DNA of 64,000 bases from Lingula anatina (taxonomy: Eukaryota > Animalia > Brachiopoda). Below are positions 24,001-37,394 of the stretch, in pieces; positions within the stretch are counted from its first letter, which is position 1; every line of letters starts with the position of its first letter. Position numbers and translations under genes: made by a program. The notes under the pieces are model-generated. The model was not told the origin of the DNA and made no database searches. It worked only from the letters and a program-made list of their open reading frames with translations. The DNA is taken from positions 26,102,001 through 26,166,000 of the forward strand of contig CM120642.1 of assembly GCA_051362555.1 (NCBI GenBank), written 5' to 3'.

Positions 24001-24932
24001 GATGGAAATAAGCAGCATGAACAGCATTTTTTTCATCCCTTATGAAGAAAGCATTCAACTTTGGCATCAATCCAGTTACAAGCAAAATGACATTAATGAG
24101 AACCAGCAGTAAGCAGGAAATGTAAGCCTGTTTTGAATTCGTAATCTCATTTGTGAATTAAATCACTAAATGTTGCTACCTGTCGGGAGTGACAGGTGAT
24201 AATAAGGCAATAAACCTCTGGATTAAGACTTTTCTTCAGTCAGAACTCTGCAGGTGGCTCATATGTTGATCATTGAAATGTTTAGTATGAATAAAAGAAA
24301 TCAAAATACAATGCTGCAAATGAATAAGTTGAGTGTGTAAAGGCAAAAATGGTACCATTTAAAACATAGGTAATAAACCTGGGAATTAACACCTTATTTA
24401 GTCAGATTTAAGCAGGCAGCTTGTATGATCAGCATTTTAAAAATTTAAACATCTTTTACTCATACTAGATTTTTGATATGAGTAGAAATCAACAAGCACA
24501 ATATAAGACAATAGGAAATTAATAATGTTCTGTGTGTAAGTAGCCCTTGATACAAAAATGACACCATTTAAAGCATAAAATGACAAGTGAAGGGCTTATC
24601 AGTCATATATTGAATTCTATGCCACTTGCGTGAATGGCATTGTAATAGTTGTGTATTTTTCTTTAATATTTGATTAAGAGAAAGCTTTTCAGTGCAATGC
24701 GGGAATTTATTGATGTGGTTATTAACTACCAAGACCTTGTTGTATTAAATGGAAATTCTCCACTACAATTGGTACATTGATTTTTCTATAAGCTAATTAC
24801 TGGTATCCAGTTATGATTCAGTTGTGATTTGAACCAATGGAAATTAAGACAGTGTGTGCTACAACTTGACTGTATGTGTCGTGCAATCAGCAATGTGCAC
24901 AATTGATTTATTTGACTAAATTATATCAGCAG

Positions 24933-24994
<62 letters not shown>

Positions 24995-27900
24995 TTTAGG
25001 TGAACTCCTGTGACCAAAATGTTGCCCGGTGCTGTGAGATCATAGAACTCAATGCCAAGGTCCAGGGGCAGATTTTCAAACTGCTCAGTCTCTGTGCATC
25101 TGAAGGTGAATATTTTTTAACCTTTTTTGGGATAGACACTCCTCGTGAAGAGCTTTTTTCTCTCAGATTAATTGCATAAATGTGTACTTTATTACAATAG
25201 TCCATATTTATCATGATTTTTTATTTTATTTTTTTTAATTTATTTATTTATTATTATTATTTTATTTTATTTATTTATTTTTTTTTTTTAGTACTGCCAA
25301 CTTGTCTGCTTGAGTTTGTATGCAAGTGCAGTGAAATAAAACAATTAACAGTGTTATTGAATTCTATTAGGTTAATGTCATACCTGGAATTTATGAAAAG
25401 AGAGTCGGGTTCATGGAAGATAGTATGTTTTAGTGAGTAACCAAAAATTATAATTCTTGAAAAATAATCTTCAAGATGTTGGGTATTTGTGACTAATTAC
25501 TGATTCAGTGTTCCTTAATTCATTAATTCAGGTGGAATGTATGGTGGTGCTGGTGCCATCAAATCCCGTCTTCTTCCATGGCTTGGACAGAGCTTCTTTG
25601 CGTCAGGGGGCAGCGTGACAGCAGATACAAGTCTCAGTGTTCTGGCGGAGGCAGCGTCCAAGGATCGTGAAATTAACGAGCTCCAAGACCAGTATGAACG
25701 ATCCATTGTTGACCTGGAGGATAATTTGAGGGTGACCAACATTGAGAATGATAACCTTAGAACTGAGTAAGTTTTAGTCTTAAGTAGTTTTTTGGGGGGC
25801 TACAAATGTCCTTTAAGAATGTTTTAAGAGCATGTATTTATCTCTGAATTTTTCGAAATTTTGTTCTGAATGAATATGATTTTCTGTTGGCTGTAAGCAA
25901 TGTCAAATTGAAAAATCCAGCAGTTTGTTGATTCTTACAATCACTCCCCCAACCCAATCCCCCCCCCCCAAAAAAAAAAAAAAAAAAAAAAGAAAAAATA
26001 CATTCTTCACTTCGTCTGCAAAACATACGTATATAAATCAAGATTTGTCTAGGGAATTTTAAGTGACTTTTAATAAAATATGCTATTGCTGCTTGGTTGT
26101 ATTAATGCTCTTTGGACCTCTGTACCGTGGCACAGAAGTAAGCAATGTACTTTGGCCATTTTGCCATGTATGTTTAATCATTGTTTCTTTGAAATGACAT
26201 GGAACAGAATCATATAAATTGCACAGTAATTGGCAGGTCCTCTGATTTATTCTATGTAGGGTTCAAATGAGGTTGAAAAGGTTATTGTTCTATGCCATTC
26301 TAGCTGTCAATTTTCAGTAATCTGTTTCCATTGAAAACATGTATGTGAATACTAGTATATTGAAACAATCAATATTATTGAGAAAATCAAGATCATAAAT
26401 GATTTATGGTTATATAGATAATCATAAATTAATATAATTATTTATGTCAGAGCTTTAATGTAGGTCACTGATCAAGTCAGTGCTCCAGTATTTGTAACTT
26501 TATGTAGCATTGGAGCATGATGTTTTTAGCCTATTAATTGTTTGTCTTTACCTCTTTTATCAAGTCTTGCTGAGGCCCAGGATGAACTTGACCGCACCAA
26601 GCGTGAATCCACCAGTGAGAAGATGTTCAATGAGTCAGAGATCAGAGACCTGAGGAACAAGTAAGTAAACACAAACACACATTATATAATTGCAACTTTG
26701 AACTCAAAATAATTAATTGGATTTAGTTTTGATTATCTGCATTTTATATTTTATTATATTTCTCTGTTGAAACAGTTTGACCGTTTAAATTGTCTGTAAA
26801 ACTATAGAATTTTTACACAGGTTTATACATATTTTATGATGTCTTACAAATATAATAGCTTAAACATGTTATGGAAATGTGAAATATTTTTAGATAATAT
26901 ATTTCATGTAATGCAACTTCACAAACTGAACGAAGGTACCATAATTTAAGATTATTGAATAAATATTATGTTCAGAATTCCATTGACAGTCATGCTGAAA
27001 CATTACCTTATAGACTTAGATACTCATGTTGTTCACTTCCTAATTCATTTGTTGGAGTTTGTTATGCAACATTAATGTACTTGCATTTACAGCTGCTAAA
27101 ATACAGATAAAATGATTTTAACTTAATATGTTGATTTTAATTTGATTGAATTTTGATTATATTTCCAGAGAGCATTATTTTTTTTTTTCAGATAATTCTA
27201 CATGCTAAATCATTAAATATAGTAAATTCTGCTTTCCATTAATATGATTTGGCATGAAATTCAGTCAACAGTAACAATTATTTCAGGCATTTGTGAAATG
27301 GAAATTTAAACATATGAATGTATAATATTGATGTGTGAATGTAGGCTAGCCCTGGCTGAGGACGAAAACCGCAACCTTCGTGAGAAAAGTGGCCTCCTAG
27401 ATGATTATGAACGCCAACTTCGAATCCTGCGTGAAGAGATCGCCATTCTTACTGGCGAAAGGAACTCTGTTCTCAAACACAGAAGCCATGTTCCACTCTA
27501 TCAACACACACACTCTTCTACCCAAAGCATTGTCAATGGGTAAGAGTTAAGGCTATGGGCCCTGTGTATACAGTATTAACTCAACCTAGCACACTGAAAC
27601 TTTACTAACTTATCAATCACCTTGACATTCAGGCATGTATAAAATTGAGATGCCTGAATATTTAAGGAGATCAGTTATACACCAAGGGGAATGGTAAAAA
27701 AATTGCTATTCATTGTCTCATCACTAAACTATTTTTTTTTTTAAATAGAAGAAATCATTATGCAAATTGATAGAGTTCTCTTGGGAAAATATAATCAAAA
27801 ATTCTATTCTTACTTTTAATCTTTGGAAGCTAATGAAAATAACTGAATTCCCCAAAGGTTTATATCACTGACCATAAAAGCCCTGCCCAGTCTTCCTTCC

Positions 27901-30900
27901 TTGCTGCTCGATGTTACCCAGCAGCTTGCATCACAACTATGACCAAGATATTTCACCTGGGTCATTTTCCTCACTAATCTGCTTTGGCACATAATTAAAA
28001 TCCTGCTTTATCGTAGCAACTAATACTTCATTTTTTCTTTCCATTTCTTTCAGCTATCAGTAGATTTATTAGAATTATATAGCGCACACATCATTTTGTA
28101 GCCGTGTGTTATTTGTTTGCAAGCAATTTGAGCATTATACGACTAGAAATCTCAAGGAGACCACATTTTGTTGTATATTGCTATGATTTCTTGATATATT
28201 TGTAGCTGTTTGTATGAGATTTGTAGTTATATTGTAAATGCATGCTCCCTTAGCACCATTGCGTTAGAGAAGAAAAAAAAGACACTGCTGGAGGGACATC
28301 AGGACAGCATGCCTTAGCTTAGATCATTATTTTATGTAGACTTTGTAATTATTTGTACATTATAGCTTAATCATTACTAATTTTCTGTTGCCTGCTCTCT
28401 CTCCCTCTTTCACTCCATACTAACATAGGTACCGAGATAACCAAGTTGAACTCTCACGTTTGAGAGGGGTAATTGAAAGCAAAGATGCTGAGATTCGACG
28501 TCTCAGGAATGAACTGATTCTTGCGGGTGGTAGACCTGGAATGTAAGTCTGATTTGGGGTTTGGTGATGGGGAAGTTTTTATGTGGTATTTTTACTGCTG
28601 AAAATGCATGGTGTTGGCATTGGGGTATTATGCATGGCTTTGAAGGTTTTTGGTGTGGGATATAAAGAGTTGTCAAAATCTTTGGTTTGAGTAAGAAGTC
28701 TTTTTTGCAGTACATATAAAGAAAAAAAATTGATTTATTGTAAAGTAGAATTTGACTCGGTCCTAATTTTCATGGGAACAAAATGTGCTGTTTAAAGGTA
28801 TATAACAGTATTTGATATGAACTTGTTAATTCTTACGAGAAATTTTTTAATTTTTTATTAATTTGAATAAACATTTTGATAAGCACGAAAAAAAAAATTG
28901 TCACGTAGGAGTTTATAGAGAAAACATAAATAGCTTACTTTGTAATGAAATTAGCAGATGTAAATACTTGAAATACGACTTTTTGATGTGGAGTTCTGAA
29001 TACTGTAACATAAGTCCCTCAAGATGTTATGTTTGCTGAGCAAGAATTTAGTTGATTGTATTGAAAATAACCCACTATTGCATGCCCCTCACACCCCTTC
29101 CCTGCTTGTTATTTGCTTTGTCACCTATCTGTCTTGAAATCATCTAAAAACTTGATGTCTCTTAGTGATATTGCTATCCATTCTTATTTAAAAAGAAAAA
29201 TTGACTTGGAATATGAAATATTTGATATAGTTTTTTGTCAGAAATGTAATGATAAATTGAGTAATTTGTTTATTTGACTTGAATTAAATATGTTGATATA
29301 CTTTTCACAGTAAACTTATTATTTACTTATTACTTATTATTTACATTGTCAGTGGTTACTTATTTCAATTTCACTTTAAGTTAGAATTTATCCACTTGCA
29401 GCGACATGTCTGATACTTACCGCTCATTGCCACGCGTAAGCTCACCTCTGTCTCCTGATGATGTCACACAGCGTGTACGACAGCAGAATCTGATTACACG
29501 TTTCAATGACATGTTTGCCCAGGATCGCTTGGACGCAATGGATATCTTACGACGTTACTCAGATGACCACGAGAACAACCAGCGAATTGTATTTGCTGCT
29601 TTGGTGGTATGAATTATTTTCTACTTCTTTTTAGACTAATATTTGATAAGATTAGTGTAATCAGAAAATTATCTTAACAAATACCTTTATAAGGAAAACA
29701 AAACATAGTTCTGACATAGTTTTGACATAAGACATAGTTCTAACATAAGTTAGAGGGACATATATTCGTTGATTTTTTTTAATCAAATTTAAGTTTTAGC
29801 AGTAAGGTCATAGAAAGTACACATACTTCTCTCCATTACATAAAAGTCAGGCAGTTTGTACGGTGATGAATATTTAAACAGGATCTTATTTCCCTCTATT
29901 TCACAGGAAGCCTTCGCTAGTGCCAAACTGGCTTTCCGCCAGTTCAAGCTGAAGGTCCGTTCCAACCTGGCTGCCACCCATGTTGGTCCTGATACTCTAG
30001 AAGAGGCTGTACAAGACTACATCAACAGAAACACTGATCTCTATGACCTCCCAAGCCTACAGGCTGTAAGTATTATTTCAAGCATCTGAATTCAGTTGTT
30101 TGTGATTTAAACCCCTTCCCCTCTACTCTCTTAATTCCTAATTCTGCACTGAAATACGTTGCTCTTTAAGTTGGAATAAAAACATCTCATGTATAATTAT
30201 TAAAGATTAGTTTAGTCTACAAACAATTGTTTTAGTATTTATTTGCCTATTTGATGAATGATTAGTAATTAATATGTGTATGATTTTTAATGTAGAAAAT
30301 CACCACTATCTCTATAAATAATTGCAATGACTTTTTTTTTTCAGAAAAAAATTCAGCTGGTTCAAATCAAATAACCTCCATTTGAATTCTGAGTGTGCAG
30401 CATATTTACAAATTATATTTCTTGCAGGATGTTGTGAGGGCTTTGAACCGTAACATCAAAATCTTCCTGCCAGCCGATATTTCCTACAATATTATCGGCA
30501 CATTCATCCGTGAAGCGTGCAAGCTGGCCTGGCAGATGAGCGCTCTGGCACACCCACTGGACATCGCTGTCTCCTCTGACGCTGAACTTTTTGATGACTA
30601 CAAGTAAGTTGTTATGACATCAGTTTTAAATGTTTGAAATGTGAAAAAATTAAAGGTTTGATGTTAAGTAATTCACCCTTGTTATATGCATTGAAAAGAA
30701 AAATTTGCCATCGCTGTCTCTTCTGATGCTGAACTCTTTGATGACAACAAGACAGTTGTTATGACTTTTCAGTTTTAAATGTTCATTATGTGAAAAAATA
30801 TAAGGTTTGATTGTTATATGCAATGAAAAGAAAACCTTGCCAGAAGTTATTAAATGTTCATAAATAATCGCTTTTACTTAATATGAGTTTGATTGGGTGT

Positions 30901-33900
30901 TTTGTTCTCAAACAAATGTTATTTATTTAATAAATCTTTTAAATTTTTTTAAAGAAAAGGGTAAACATGTGTAGGAGTTGTATGGACTTTTTTAGCAGCT
31001 ATAAAACAATATTCCTATGTACAAATGGCATGGTAAGACGTGAAGATGTTTCAGCCCTCATTTCCATTCTTCTCCAGGTATCGTCGCAGTTACGACTCCG
31101 AGTACACGGCTCCGCTGGTGAACCACCACATCTGGGCATGTCTGCAACAGGGCACCAAGGTCATCGTGAAGGGAGAGGCTTGCACCAGAAGAGGAGCATC
31201 ACTGGTAGGGCCTTTCTATCTCTTTTGCATCACTGTACTAGTACATGATTCCACCCTTCTGTTTATTGCCCGAAAAATATGGTAATCATTTCAGAAATTT
31301 CCCCATTTGTGATGGCTCCATCAGGGCAATCTTGCTAAATCTATTGGTGGATATTGTTCTTTTGTAGCATCCACTAAGCAGTACCCATTTAGTTTGTATT
31401 TTTGCCTTCTGATATTGAAATTACTGTCATCTTTATCAGCATTTTATTCACATGTAACTGTTTTACTTATTCTATAATGGAGATTTTTAGATGTTATGGG
31501 ATCTTTGATTTTTCTTACCTCTGTGTCATTTAAAGAGGGAAAAGAATTATATGCTTGATTTTAATTTTAAAAAAATTACCATACAAATTCAAATGAACAA
31601 GAATCTGCTGTGTTTGTTTTATTTTCATTTTGAAATTAAATTAAGGTGGTAATTTTAAAGTGACAACATATTAACATGCAGTTTTATGAATTTAAAGAGG
31701 ACCTGAATGTACCGTAAGTTTAAAATTATTTTTCATCTTGACCAAATCACTGTAGGATCCAATTTCAACTAAATATATTAAATTATTCCAGGGTTCACCA
31801 AGGCGCAGCAGAAGCCCCACGCGTTCCATGAGCCCTACTCGCTCCTACAGCCCCTCAAGAGCTCGCAGCCGCTCCCCCAGTCCTAGAAGAATTGGAAGCC
31901 CCATGGATCTCAACTCCTCACTAAGTGCCTCTTTCAGTGGACGGTCCAGCCCTTCAGGTCAGTAACTGGCCAGATTTCATTTAGTCTAGTGGTTTTACTT
32001 AAACTTTTCAGTTCATTGGTTTCAGACTGATAGGACTGAGATGACAACTATCATATATATGGAAGTCCATCAAAAAGTTAACCTAAAACAACTGCAAAAA
32101 TGTGTGCTAGTCCAATGAGACTAGTATCTTTGCAAAAAACTTGTTTTGTTATTATTATTTTTTTTTTCAATTAGTTTCACCCCAAATCCACAAATTAATT
32201 ATCCCAGACTAGTGGCTTAAGTCACAGACTGCTGTAAGGAAATTTCTACATATTGTTAAATCAATTTCAATTATTTCATCTTGCCTGTAGTCTGCCTCGC
32301 TGATTATTGGACTGCTTTAATACCCATCACAATATTTGTCTCATCACAGATTCTTAAAGCATGCAGTATATCCACTGATGCTAAAATTAGTCTGAATCTA
32401 TATCTTACATCCATTTCACTTTCAGGGACATGGACATGAGTGGATTAATCCTTGTGTATAAATTATACATGACAAATGACACATATCATTCCATAATATC
32501 AATATTTGAAAGATTAATATTGACTACACTACTCAAATTATATCATCCTTTCAGCTTCTAGTTGAGAATTGAAGTGCTTTCTGACATGATGTGTTTGTAT
32601 TGTGTGTTTCAGCGCGCCCAGGGTCCAGCCATGGCTCAACAAGACACTATACCTCATCTATAGCTCCATCTCATGTGTCAGATGCCTATTAAGTCTTCAG
32701 TTCTAAAAGAATAGAGATATATATATGTCTTTTAAAAAGATGAGAATAGATGTATACATTTTCTCTTGGAGCTGATTTTTATTACATTTCGTAGAGATGA
32801 TTGTTTTGGACTAGAGAATTTATGTTGAAATATTCGGTATGATGACTGCCAGAGCAATATCTGTGTTTTTAATTATGCGAATATTGTCGACCTTCTTATG
32901 GAAACATACCACTGGTTTTGTGGCATTTTGGTTTAATCTGAAATATGTATGTCAGTGAAATTCTCATGTGGTGTCAAATAGGGAGTCATTCGAGCCGACA
33001 TTACATATGACATCACTTGTAGGGACTAGTAATGTAGAGCAATATAGAAAAAAATCAAAAACTTTTTTTCTATTTTTTTTTCTTTTTTAATTCTGTATCA
33101 AATCTTAACATGGATAAGACAACACAATCAAGTTGATGAAATTTTGATGTGTCTTGCAGCTTTGCGTGACTAAGTATAATTTTTCACTTACACTATCATA
33201 GATTCTATAAAAAATTAATATCCAAAATTACAGTGAATGAAAAATGAACCAGCTTTAAGCTGTCACAAAAATAACATTGCTTAGCAATTTCTAGGAGTGG
33301 AAAAGTAGTTGTTTGTCTATCTGTGTATACTAACCATGTCTTTCACATGTGTTTCTAGTTTTAGGTAGAAGATATTATGCTTGCTAGCCTATTGATGTCA
33401 AAAGTATGTCACCTTGGTCACCTGTCACCTGTCACCAGCACCGTCACTGTTTGTTTATCAATAAATTACTTATGTTATGTGAATCCTTTAATCCTTTTGT
33501 GTTTCAGAGCACCAGTGGTTAGATTTGCCTTTGTTGCGTGGCTGTTTGCACTAGTCATAACTGTTTTTTTATGTGTATATATATTTATTTTAACACAATA
33601 GACAGTTTTTGTGTAATGTTATGAATATTAGGCACTGAAGACAAGTTGCTGTGTGAAATTTAAGCTTCTAAATGATTTATAATACCTCAAGTGACTTAAA
33701 ATTGCAATTAATGGAGCTTTGCTATTGTTTTTGAACCTGTGGATGTGATAAGGTCAGAATCTAGAGTGGTGTGACTTTTCTTACATTGATAATACCCCTA
33801 GAAATAATCAAGTACCATTGAAGGTTTATATCTCCATCATTTTTATGTGCTGCAGGTTTCCGTCCCAGTAGTCGTAGCTCTCTCCGCTCCAGTTCCCCAC

Positions 33901-33938
33901 GCCCATACACGGCTTCTACTAGCCTCTCCAACTACTAA
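21059..33938 (+). CDS. SPATA18: Mitochondria-eating protein (Mieap / SPATA18)
   Basis: Phase-consistent exons: 21059-21145, 25000-25105, 25532-25766, 26565-26660, 27345-27539, 28429-28542, 29402-29606, 29907-30065, 30428-30603, 31078-31204, 31792-31957, then last exon 32613-32692 or 33856-33938. The N-terminus MAESLRRLV...LQEKLERWLDDYHVNSCDQNVARCCEIIELNAKVQGQIF...IKSRLLPWL, coiled coils, the C-terminal YRRSYDSEYTAPLVNHHIW...VIVKGEACTRR and the RS/SP-rich tail match SPATA18. Confidence 0.92.
24934..24992. repeat. (TAT)n microsatellite, ~20 units, just upstream of the SPATA18 exon 2 acceptor
   Basis: Pure tattattat... run ending 7 nt before exon start at 25000. Confidence 0.95.
30562..30842 (+). 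repeat. Tandem duplication (~147 bp) of the 3' end of SPATA18 exon 9 plus flanking intron
   Basis: catcgctgtctcctctgacgctgaactttttgatgactacaagtaag (30562) recurs as catcgctgtctcttctgatgctgaactctttgatgacaacaagacag (30709); similarity continues to ~30842. Confidence 0.85.
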
Positions 33939-36900
33939 TCGTGTGCTGTGTGCATAGCCTAAAAATTACCAGATGATGAATAAGGAAAATTTGGAAGACG
34001 TCTTTTGAAGAATTTTGAAGTTTTTGGTGTAAGGTTGTGGTTTTTTGGAACACTATTTTGATGAAATAGAAAGACTGCAAATCAATGTGGACAATAGAGA
34101 GGAATGATTTTTTGCATAAATTGTGAAGACTTTTTGAAGATTAGACTTTGGAGCAGTATTTTCATACATTTTAAGGACTGAAGATTTCTTGTCTTCTTTG
34201 AAAATTAACAGCTTGTTATGTACCATACAATATATATTTTTGATTAAGATGAGAAGGGAGAATGTCAATATTAATCCTGATATGGACAATTTCTTTGTAA
34301 TGGCTCTATTGTCACAGTGGTAAATTTATCAGTATCCACCTATGCAGATTACAATTTAGTATCACATTTAAACAAGGGTATACTAGAACTTTCTTTTGGT
34401 ATTTGTTGTGTTTGGTTTGGTGATTTATTTAATAGGATATTTAGTAAGACAGCGCAACATGCACACTTGATATTAGGCATGTGCTATCTTCACAGTAAAC
34501 AAAATTTTACATTGCAGTGTTATAAATCTTGTTTACCATGTAGCATTGAAATTCATTGGTATAATAATCAACATATATTTAGAGACCAATGATCACAAGG
34601 TATTTGCCAAAGTATAGACTATGCAGTATACTTATTGATTGCTGTATAATAGCTTTCTGACTATTGTTCCTTCCTTCTGACTCTGTCCTGTACAAATATG
34701 ATAACAGGATAAGCAAGATTTTGTAGCTTTGTGACAATTATTCTATCTTCATATATATTCTTGTTCAAGAGCTTAAGCAAACACTGTATATTTTCTTTTA
34801 CTTTTTTTTCAGATAGTTATAGATATCATGTACCAATTTTTCAGTATTAAAGTTTAAATTTGTTACATTTACTTCTTATTATGACTCAAGACTCTTGAAA
34901 AAAGTTGAATGCAGTGGCATCAATTAAGATATTATAATTGTTTGAATATGTCTCTGTGTTTCTTTTTCAACATATTAAAAGTTGACTTATGTACACAAAG
35001 AAAGAAATTGAGAAACACATTTTTAATGCAGCCTTAAGGTCAGCAGTGTCCTTATTTTTATTTGGATGGGGTAAATTGATCAATTTTGGTTTTATTATAT
35101 GATATAATGTCTCAAAATTTGTTGTATTCTTGAAAGATACCAGTGCATCAGAAGTATTAATTAAGATTTATATCAGTTTCTCAGGTGGATTAGATTTGTT
35201 TGTTGCTTTAATTATTTTAATATGCTTCATATTTTGCTTAAATCACTGAGTGATAATCAGGCTCATATAAGCTTTATTAAAGCTTTTGGCAACATTTTGA
35301 TTGTTTTTATTGATTCTAGAAAAAATATATATATTGCATAAATGTATCACAATTTATCGTCTTTCTGTAAAAGATTTCTTTATTAGAGATTTAAGATTTA
35401 TATTTTGATATTTACACCAGATATTTAGTGCATATTTGTATTTATTGATCACTGTATTATACGATTTTATTTGATTTTAATCACCTATTGTAAATTGTAT
35501 GTATCTAATAGTTGATTTGTGTGTAGTTTGCATGAATCTCAATAAAATTGCTTTCATTTTCTTTCCTTGGTCTTAGGTTTTGTCTAGGACACATGAATGA
35601 TATCAAAAAATGGACTGCAATTATGTTACAAGAGTAAATCAGTTTTGACACACATATGAATAATGGCATTAAGGATCGAAGCGATGATGCCCCCTCCACT
35701 GGGGTTACACTAAAGTTATTGCCGTGACACTTAACGAAACTGATTTTGGCAGCGTTTTTGATGCATGTACTCATCTCTGCATGCCCGATGCCATCTCACC
35801 AAAATTTTTAAAACAGTGCATCCAAATGCATTCCCCCCCCCCCCCCCCAAAGAAATTGATCACATCTCTCGTTATTTGTGCGTTTTTGCGTTAACTCTAT
35901 AAATTTAAGAAAAATTTTGACTTTATAATTTTAAAATAATTTTTTAATTGTTTATTTACAAATGACGTAAAATTTTCATTGCAGTGGTCGAAAGTGGTCA
36001 CACAATATGCAATTACAGAATAATTTAAACTCAGGTGAAATCCTTTCACAAATTTTAATCTGTTTTCGGGGATGCATCTTTTGTGTCTTTTAACTTTTTT
36101 ATAGCCAAGAAAGGAGACAATAACAATAAGTTTATCCAATGTTAGAAAAGTGTCATGTTAGAAAAATGTTTAACATCAAAAGCGTATTGAAGGCATTTTG
36201 TCTGAGTAAAACTGCATCCACCCATCCCTTGATAACCTAATAAACCACTCGTAACTTGATAAAGTAGATGCAAAATCAAGGAAATTAAACCCAAATTTTT
36301 TTATTGCCTCTTTATTGACGTTTTCCTTTTTTGTCATTATCAAGAAGAAGAAAGAAAAAGTGCAATAAAGTTATCAAATATTGGAAAAAGTATCGTGTTG
36401 TAATATGTCAGACTAGTAAAATATTGTATATCGTCAGAGCAATACCTTGATACCTTCATTCCGCTTCTGAACAAGTTTTATGATATAAGCATTTGGCAAC
36501 TACATTTTTCAAGAAATGCATCCAGACTCACGCTTCAGTTCTATAAATAATGAAACTAGTATGGCGCCAAGGATTGTATCCAGCCAACAGAACCATCAAT
36601 GATTCAACTACTAAGTCGTTTCGAAAATAATGTTTGTCCTTAAAAATATTTCTTTATTTTGATCAGTTTAAACGATATAGGGGCGAATTGTGTGTGGCGC
36701 AAATTGTACCATGGTCTACTTCAATTCACCACTCATTTAAAAAACCATATCTTAACATATTTACTGGGTCAGATTTGAACGACTTTATCTCAGCTTCAAA
36801 CTGTTGCAGACGATCGAGTCAAAAGGTGGGAATAAGATTGCTTCAAACCGTTATTCGCCCCCATCCCCCACCCCCGAAGAATGAAGATAGAGGAAGTATA

Positions 36901-37394
36901 TCTTATAAATGTCCCTGAGAAATATAATATTCGTATCTGTGCACTTATTGCATTCTAAGTGCTAGTGAAATATATATTTTCTTTGGATTGATTTCTTGCA
37001 GATAAAATTGCACCAGTCAGTATAAAAAAAAAACACTATCAACCCCGTGGCCCCCCAATCTCTGATAGCGTCATTTGGGTCACTAAATCATCAGTTTAAT
37101 TTAGTGGGACACTGCGACGTGTTTGTTGTAAGTCGACCTTTTAATAAGAATATGCAGTTGTCAGATGATATCTGTGCATATTTTTAAAATGACTTCAAAT
37201 TATACTAGGTTCTACTTGGAAATTTTTCAGGGGTAGCTTAGTCAAAACTTTCAGAACGTTTCACATACTTGCCGCAAATGGGCATCAAAAGCGTATAGAA
37301 ACACAATGAATTTTCATAAATATTAATTCGTCGTTAACCTCTTTACGGGATTAGATGGAATGCTGAGCATGGCAAGATAGCTCTGTAGAAGCCT

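Noticed and set aside
24200-24600. Degenerate ~165-190-bp duplication in SPATA18 intron 1
   Set aside because: Highly decayed, with no TIR/TSD or functional signal.
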